NCBI GenBank assembly: GCA_963765575.1
Contig: CAVXWZ010000005.1
Location: forward strand, 32,001-96,000
Direction of reading: 5' to 3'
DNA: 64,000 bases
Source: an uncultured cyanobacterium
Lineage (GTDB): Bacteria; Cyanobacteriota; Cyanobacteriia; PCC-6307; Cyanobiaceae
Shown: positions 55,254 to 64,000 of the stretch, piece by piece
How the letters are laid out: each line of letters opens with the position of its first letter
Position numbering within the stretch: the stretch's first letter is position 1
Program-made: the position numbers and the translations under genes
The notes under the pieces: generated by a model
The model's input: the letters and a program-made list of their open reading frames with translations, nothing else
What the model was told of the DNA's origin: nothing
Databases searched by the model: none

Positions 55254-55511
55254 TCAGGTTGAGGCGTCGCCGGCTTCGCTGAGCAGGGTGAGCTGACGCA
55301 CGGGCGCCTCCTCGCTCACAAACCCGTAGGCCTCAAACACCGCCGGGTCGGGGTGGGTGATGCGTTGGCCACCGCTGCCGCGCTCGACGCGAAAGCCCTC
55401 GTCGGCCATGCGCCGCATCAGCGCCGCCGCCTCCTCAAAGCGGGCCGCCATCGCCTCCAGGCTGGCGCAGTCGGAGGTGAGGCCGGTTTCCCTCCAGGTG
55501 AAGTGGGCCAT
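55254..55511 (-). CDS. Conserved hypothetical protein
   Basis: FTWRETGLTSDCASLEAMAARFEE, a picocyanobacterial-type small protein downstream of mraY. Confidence 0.7.
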   Translation of the reverse strand: MAHFTWRETGLTSDCASLEAMAARFEEAAALMRRMADEGFRVERGSGGQRITHPDPAVFEAYGFVSEEAPVRQLTLLSEAGDAST

Positions 55512-55560
55512 GGGGCGGGGGATGGGGTGATTCGGGTGCCGGGGCAGCCGGGAGGAGGGA

Positions 55561-56670
55561 TCAGGGCAGCAGCACCAGACCCAGCACTACCAGTATCAGG
55601 CTGGCGATCCAGAAGCGGTTCACCACCTGACCCTCCTGCAGCCCGCCCAGTTCCAGGTGGTGGTGCAGCGGTGCCATGCGGAACACCCGCCGGCCCACGC
55701 CGTCGGCTCCCTTGGTGGCCTTGAACACCCACACCTGCACGATCACCGAGAGGGATTCGGCCAGAAACACCCCGCCCATCACCAGCAGCGGCCAGAGGCT
55801 GTTGGAGAGCAGGGCCACCGCGCTCAGCGCTGCCCCCATCGCCAGCGAGCCGGTGTCGCCCATGAACAGCCGAGCGGGGTTGCGGTTGTGGGCCAGAAAC
55901 CCCAGCCAGCAGCCGGCCATGGCGGCGCAGAAGGCGGCCAGGGCCGGGTCGCCGCTGTGGCCCCGCAGCATCAGCTGCAGCCCCATGCCGGTGAACACCA
56001 CGGCGCCGCAGCCGGCCGCCAGGCCGTCGAGGCCATCGGTGAGGTTGGTGGCGTTGCTCTCAGCCAGGAACACGAACAGTCCCAGGGGCCAGATCAGCAG
56101 GCCCAGGGGCAGCAGCCAGCCCAGGGGCAGGGCCACAGCACCCGGGGTTGCGCCACCGAGCCACTGGCCCTGGGCCGCCCAGACCAGGAACAGCAGGGCG
56201 GCACCGGCCTGCAGCAGCAGCTTGCCCCGGGGGGTCAGGCCGGTGTTGGTGCGGCGGGTGAGGCTGCGCCAGTCATCCACCGCCCCCACGGCCATGTAGG
56301 CCAGGGTCACGGCCGCCACCGCCAGCAGGCGCGGATCGGAGGGACTGATCAGCCCTCCCACGATCACCCCCACCGGCACCACCAGCAGGCCGCCCATGGT
56401 GGGGGTACCGGCCTTGCTGTGGTGGCCCTGGGGGCCGTCCTCGCGGATCACCTGGCCCAGCTTCAGCTGCCGCAGCCTGGGCACTCCCCAGGCCGTCACC
56501 ACAGCACTCACCAGGGCCGCCACCAGCAGTGGCAGGGTGAGCATCGAGTTGGCCACCAGCCAGTCGCTCAGCAGACACACCGCCAGCAGCGCCACGGCCA
56601 GCAGCCCAGCCGCCACACGGGCATTCCGGGGCTGCTCCTTGGCGTCCGTCGGCATCGCGGCCCGCACCAC
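55561..56670 (-). CDS. mraY: Phospho-N-acetylmuramoyl-pentapeptide transferase
   Basis: [41 protein letters not shown]. Confidence 0.96.
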   Translation of the reverse strand: MVRAAMPTDAKEQPRNARVAAGLLAVALLAVCLLSDWLVANSMLTLPLLVAALVSAVVTAWGVPRLRQLKLGQVIREDGPQGHHSKAGTPTMGGLLVVPVGVIVGGLISPSDPRLLAVAAVTLAYMAVGAVDDWRSLTRRTNTGLTPRGKLLLQAGAALLFLVWAAQGQWLGGATPGAVALPLGWLLPLGLLIWPLGLFVFLAESNATNLTDGLDGLAAGCGAVVFTGMGLQLMLRGHSGDPALAAFCAAMAGCWLGFLAHNRNPARLFMGDTGSLAMGAALSAVALLSNSLWPLLVMGGVFLAESLSVIVQVWVFKATKGADGVGRRVFRMAPLHHHLELGGLQEGQVVNRFWIASLILVVLGLVLLP

Positions 56671-56673
56671 CGC

Positions 56674-56949
56674 TCAGTCTTCCCAGGCTTCGTCCTGCTG
56701 CTCGTCGTCCTTGTTGTAGTCCTCCTTCTCACCCATCAGCGCCGAGAGTTCCTCCTCTTCCACGGTGCTGACATCGGTGCTGGCGCTCTCCTCATCGGCC
56801 ACCAGACGGCCGCTGCTCTCCAGCCAGCTGAGCAGGTCGGGCTCATCGCGCAGGGGCAGCACCGGCGCCGGCTCGTTGCGGTCGTAGCGGGTGAGGGAGG
56901 GATTGATGCTCTCCAGGCGGCTGAGGCTGGAGGAGGAGAGCTTGCTCAT
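56674..56949 (-). CDS. DUF3134 family protein
   Basis: NPSLTRY.R.EPAPVLPL..E.DLL.WLE.SGRL plus acidic tail. Confidence 0.8.
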   Translation of the reverse strand: MSKLSSSSLSRLESINPSLTRYDRNEPAPVLPLRDEPDLLSWLESSGRLVADEESASTDVSTVEEEELSALMGEKEDYNKDDEQQDEAWED

Positions 56950-57134
56950 GGGGTCGGGCGGTTCGTCAGGCTGGTCGGGGCTGTGGTCTTGGCTGGGGCT
57001 GGGGGCGCCGGCTTGTGGCTCAGGGCGCGCCCCGCTGGGATCGAATCGCCATGATTCGGCATCGCCGGGTTGATCGGTGAGCAGATCCAGGCCGACCCCA
57101 CACTCTACCGGCCAGCAGTCCTTCCCCTCCACCC

Positions 57135-57409
57135 ATGTCCGAGCAGCCCCCCGTCCCCGTTCCCGTAGCCGGCCTGGTGCGCGGGGTGCTGGGCCTGTGG
57201 GCCCTGGCCCTGGCCCTCAGTGCCGCGCTGGCGGCTGCCGGTGAGCGCTGGCCCGCCCCCCTCGCCCTTGACGGCGGGCTGGTGTGGGCCCTGGTGCTCG
57301 GTCCGCCGCTGCTGATGGCCCTCTGGCTGCTGGCCAACTGGCGCCTGGAACCTGCCGCCGGCACCGCTGACAGGGGAGAATCGGGCGATCGAGCACAAGG
57401 ACTGCGTTG

Positions 57410-57410
<1 letters not shown>
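57135..57410 (+). CDS. Small two-TM hypothetical protein
   Basis: Two hydrophobic segments; its stop overlaps the argG start. Confidence 0.55.
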
Positions 57411-58612
<1,202 letters not shown>

Positions 58613-58613
58613 C

Positions 58614-59024
58614 TCAGTCGCGGCGCCTGGCCGCCAGGCCGAAGGCATGGCGCAGGCTGCGGGTCCAGCGCCCCCGCCCGTCTGATCGCTCTGGGTTGGC
58701 AGGGTTGTCCGAGCTCTCCGGGTCCGCCGCCGCCATCAGGCGGCCCGCTGGAGCCAGGGCAGCGGCCTGGAGGCTGCTGAGTTGCTCACGCAGGCCCTGA
58801 TTGCCTGCCATCAGCCGTTGTTTCTGCTCCAGCAGCGGCTGCATCCTGGCGGCGAACTTGCCCTCAAAGATGTCGGGCAGGTCGTTGATCAGGGCCTGCA
58901 TCGAGGCCAGCTCCTGGCGGCAGGCGGTGAGCTCCTGCTGCAGCGAATCCCGTTTCCAGCTCTGCTGGTGGGAGGCGAACAGCGACGCTGCTGTCTCCGG
59001 CGCGGGGGGCTGATCCGGTGCCAT
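58614..59024 (-). CDS. Coiled-coil hypothetical protein
   Basis: Heptad-rich LQQELTACRQELASMQALINDLPDIFE.KF; TAGGGT -10-like hexamer just upstream. Confidence 0.65.
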   Translation of the reverse strand: MAPDQPPAPETAASLFASHQQSWKRDSLQQELTACRQELASMQALINDLPDIFEGKFAARMQPLLEQKQRLMAGNQGLREQLSSLQAAALAPAGRLMAAADPESSDNPANPERSDGRGRWTRSLRHAFGLAARRRD

Positions 59025-59079
59025 GGAAACGACCCTAGAGCCGGATGGCGGTTCCAGGTGGTGGGCCGCCAGGGCCGTT

Positions 59080-59436
59080 TCAGGCCGGCTGGCCCTGGGC
59101 TGCGGCGGTGGCGCTGGCGGGCACGCTGCGGGGAGGGGGCATCGGTCCGTCCTGCTTGACGGTGAGATAGCGGATCACGTCCTCCGACAGCCGCATCGCC
59201 CGCTCCAGGGGATCGACCTGCTGGCCGTCGCCGTCGTGGTTGAGCTGCACGTAGATGCCTTCGCGGTGCTTGGCGATCGAATAGGCCAGGCGGCGCTTGC
59301 CCCGCATCTGGCAGTCGAGCACCTCACCACCGGCTTCGATCACCAGGTCGCGGTAGCGGTTGATGTGGGTCTCCACCTCCTCCTCCGGGATGTCCGGTCG
59401 AAGGATGTACATCGTTTCGTAGTAGGGCTGCGTCAT
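59080..59436 (-). CDS. rpsF: 30S ribosomal protein S6
   Basis: [28 protein letters not shown]. Confidence 0.96.
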   Translation of the reverse strand: MTQPYYETMYILRPDIPEEEVETHINRYRDLVIEAGGEVLDCQMRGKRRLAYSIAKHREGIYVQLNHDGDGQQVDPLERAMRLSEDVIRYLTVKQDGPMPPPRSVPASATAAAQGQPA

Positions 59437-59552
59437 GGTCGCCTGTGTGAAGGGCCGCCCTGGGATGCCGCGCGGCGGCGACAGGGGGCGGGGGCCGATG
59501 GGCGAAGCCCACCAGCGACGGATCGATCAACTTATCCCAGCGCCGGAAGGCT

Positions 59553-60020
59553 TCAGTAGAGCTGCATGCGCACCGCCTGGGAGAGGCTGGGGATGTCGGC
59601 CTCCTGGCCGCGCAGGCTCTGCACCACGCCGAAGCTCACCAGCAGCAGGGCACCGAGGAAGACGGTGTTGCTGAGGGTGCGCAGGGCGAAACCGCCGGCC
59701 AGCGGCGCCAGCAGCACGCTGAAGGCCAGGGTCAGCAGGATCAGCAGGATGTCGATCAGGATCGCCTGGAGCACGTTGAAGCGGATCAGGTAGGGCACCC
59801 GGGCGTTGCGCACCACGGCCAGGAACAGCACCAGGAACAGCACGAAGCCGCCGAAGGGCACCGCCTGCTGCAGCAGCACCAGGGGCAGGGCCGGCAGGGT
59901 CAGCCACTGCAGGGCGGGGAACAGCCCGAAGAGGCTGCGGCCGAAGCCGATCGCATCGCTCCAGGGCAGCATGTAGGCGAGGGCGGCGAGCAGCCGCTGC
60001 CAGATCGGAGGTCCCTGCAT
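59553..60020 (-). CDS. Tic20/Ycf60 family protein
   Basis: RLLAALAYMLPW, VVRN..VPY.IRFNVLQAIL, ADIP.LS.AV.MQ. Confidence 0.88.
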   Translation of the reverse strand: MQGPPIWQRLLAALAYMLPWSDAIGFGRSLFGLFPALQWLTLPALPLVLLQQAVPFGGFVLFLVLFLAVVRNARVPYLIRFNVLQAILIDILLILLTLAFSVLLAPLAGGFALRTLSNTVFLGALLLVSFGVVQSLRGQEADIPSLSQAVRMQLY

Positions 60021-60069
60021 CGCTGCCGGCGTCGTGGAGGTCAAGGGTAGGCAGCCCGGGGGGCCGCCC

Positions 60070-60957
60070 TCAGGCGGCCAGCGCCGTTTCGGCGGCGGCG
60101 CGCATCGCCGCCACCGGCACCGCCGCCGCGCCGCTCCACAGGCGCAGGGCGGCGGCCCCCTGCTGCACCAGCATCTCCAGCCCGTCCAGGCCGCGGCAGC
60201 CGCGCTCAGCCGCGGCCCGCAGCAGCGCCGTGGGCCGCGGCGTGTAGATGAGGTCGTAGACGCAGGCGGCGACCGGCAGGGCGTCGAGCTGGGCCGGGCT
60301 CAGCGGGCAGCGCCCGGCGGCGGCGGGATCGCCGGCGGCGGCCATGCCCAGCGGGGTGGTGTTCACCACCAGGGCGGCGCTGGCCAGGGCCCCTTCGAGG
60401 TGCTCCCAGGCCAGGCCGCGCAGCTGCGGCGCCCAGCCGTGGCAGGCGGCCACGAACTCAGCCACCGCCTCGGCCCGCCGGCCGGCCACGGCGATCCTCC
60501 CCAGGCCCAGCTCCACCAGCCCGGCCACCACGGCCCGGGCGCTGCCGCCGCAGCCCAGCACCACGGCCCGGCGCTCGCTCCAGGGCGCCCCGCCGGCGCT
60601 GCGCAGGGGGGCCAGGAAGCCCTCCACGTCGGTGTTGCTGCCCAACCAGCCGCCGTCGGCATGGGGCACCAGGGTGTTCACGGCCCCGAGGCGTTGGGCC
60701 AGGGGGCTGAGTTGCCGGCAGAGCGGCACCACCGCCTGCTTGTGGGGGATGGTCACGTTGAGGCCCCGGCAGCCCAGCGCCGCCAGTGCCTCAAGCGCCG
60801 CCGCCAGCCGGGCGGCCGGAACCGGCAGGGCCAGGTACACCCAGTCGAGCCCCAGGGCGGCGAGGGCGGCGTTGTGCATCACCGGCGAGAGGGAATGGCG
60901 CACCGGATCCCCCAGCACCCCCACCAGGGCCGTGGTGGCGGTGATCGGCGGGGCCAT
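60070..60957 (-). CDS. aroE: Shikimate dehydrogenase
   Basis: GDPVRHSLSP.MHN, NVTIPHK, GAVNT, NTDVEGF, DLIYTP, MLVQQG. Confidence 0.95.
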   Translation of the reverse strand: MAPPITATTALVGVLGDPVRHSLSPVMHNAALAALGLDWVYLALPVPAARLAAALEALAALGCRGLNVTIPHKQAVVPLCRQLSPLAQRLGAVNTLVPHADGGWLGSNTDVEGFLAPLRSAGGAPWSERRAVVLGCGGSARAVVAGLVELGLGRIAVAGRRAEAVAEFVAACHGWAPQLRGLAWEHLEGALASAALVVNTTPLGMAAAGDPAAAGRCPLSPAQLDALPVAACVYDLIYTPRPTALLRAAAERGCRGLDGLEMLVQQGAAALRLWSGAAAVPVAAMRAAAETALAA

Positions 60958-61092
60958 GGCGGCACGGCTGCGGAGAGCCGAACCGTAGGCCGTGGTTCGG
61001 CAGCTGTTCGGGAACCACACCTCGCCCGGCAAGGGCCCCACTGCTGAGGATGCAGCAATCAAATCTCAGTGACCACAAGGAGGACGTAACCC

Positions 61093-63018
<1,926 letters not shown>

Positions 63019-63042
63019 GACCCAGCCCCCGGTCAGGGGGCC

Positions 63043-63065
63043 AGCCCCCAGCCGGGGGCTTTTTT
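63043..63065 (+). terminator. Rho-independent terminator of dnaK
   Basis: AGCCCCC-AGCC-GGGGGCT followed by a T-tract. Confidence 0.85.
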
Positions 63066-64000
63066 CATGGGCCAGGAGCGGCTTCGATCTGCGCCACCAC
63101 CCACTCGGCACTGGCCGGGGCCAGCAGCACCCCGTTGCGGTAATGGCCGCTGGCCACCACCAGCCCCGGTTCGACGACCTCCAGCACCGGTGCCGGCCGC
63201 CCGCAGGGCCTGCAAGCGTTCGCCCTGCCAGCGGCGTACCTCGCGGGCAGCCGCCAGCCAGCCGAGCCCCGCATTCCCCCAGGTCCTCAGCTCCGCCAGG
63301 GCGGCTGGATCTGCCCGCTGGCCGGGCTCCAGGGTGGCCCCCAGCCAGAGTCGCCGGCGGCCGGGCAGGTCCGGCCGGGGCACCAGGTTGATGCCGCGCC
63401 AGGCCACCACCCCGGGCCAGCCCCTGCCGGGGCCACCGCCGTCGGGCTGGCTCCAGCCGGGCTCGATGTCCAGTTCCAGCTCCAGCGCCTGACCCAGCAC
63501 CGGTTCCATGGGGATGGCGTGGCCCAGGCCCTGCAGCAGCGCCGGCGTGGCCACACCGGCGCAGACCACCAGCCAGGGAGCCTCCAGGACGGTGCCGGCG
63601 CTGCCGATCAGCCGCCAGTGCTGGCCCCGGCCCGCTCCCTGCCCGCGGCGTTCGAGCCGCTCGGCCGCCTCGCCGAGGCAGCGCAGCCCCCCTTGGCGGG
63701 CGCTGGCCAGCAGGGCTGCCATGGTCTGGCCGGGATCCAGCTGGCCATCGCCCTCGGCGTGCAGGCCGCCGAGGGCGGCGGCCGGAACCCGGGGCTGCAG
63801 CTCCTGCAGCTGCTGCGGTGTCCACAGGCTCAGGGCCAGCCCGCGCCGCTGGCGTTCGGCGGCGAGCCGCTGCTGGTGGGCCAGCTGGGCCTCGTCCGAG
63901 GCGAGCAGCAGCAACCCCTGGCGTCGGGCGACACCATGGCCCTCGGCCTCCAGTGCGGCGATCCACTGCGGCCAGAGGACGTGGCTGCGTTGGCGCAGCC
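63065..64000 (-). CDS. FAD-dependent oxidoreductase (DAO/glycine oxidase-like), 5' end outside window, frameshift near 63213
   Basis: DGQLDP, PVLGQAL, LGATLE; then RPAPVL..ASGHYRNGVLLAPASA in ORF 63065..63274. Confidence 0.8.

Noticed and set aside
60958..61092. CIRCE element upstream of dnaK (also checked upstream of grpE)
   Set aside because: No TTAGCACTC-N9-GAGTGCTAA-like repeat seen.

Overview
A high-GC (roughly 70% by eye) picocyanobacterial chromosome segment of Cyanobium/Synechococcus cluster-5 type, spanning the replication origin between dnaN and thrC. Most of the window is conserved core synteny: rsgA-tusA-dnaJ-grpE, pilB-pilT-pilC, dusA, rbp, argH, PP2C, ftsY, nusB, queG, a gyrA/parC paralogue, purF, purL, dnaN, oriC, thrC, ABC1 kinase, recN, then uvrA, sps, purT, mraY, argG, rpsF, tic20, aroE and dnaK. 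A ~13.5 kb accessory block lies between recN and uvrA. Its most notable part is a compact cluster that looks like a low-oxygen/sulfide module: a D1'-type psbA, a Tll0287/DUF3365-like c-type haem protein, a HOL/TPMT-like thiol-halide methyltransferase, a type II sulfide:quinone oxidoreductase and a lipoprotein rhodanese. About nine conserved genes carry single frameshifts, most likely assembly indel errors, so several ORF-track calls are split or falsely fused. No rRNA, tRNA or CRISPR array was recognised. All assignments come from motif recognition by eye, not database searches.
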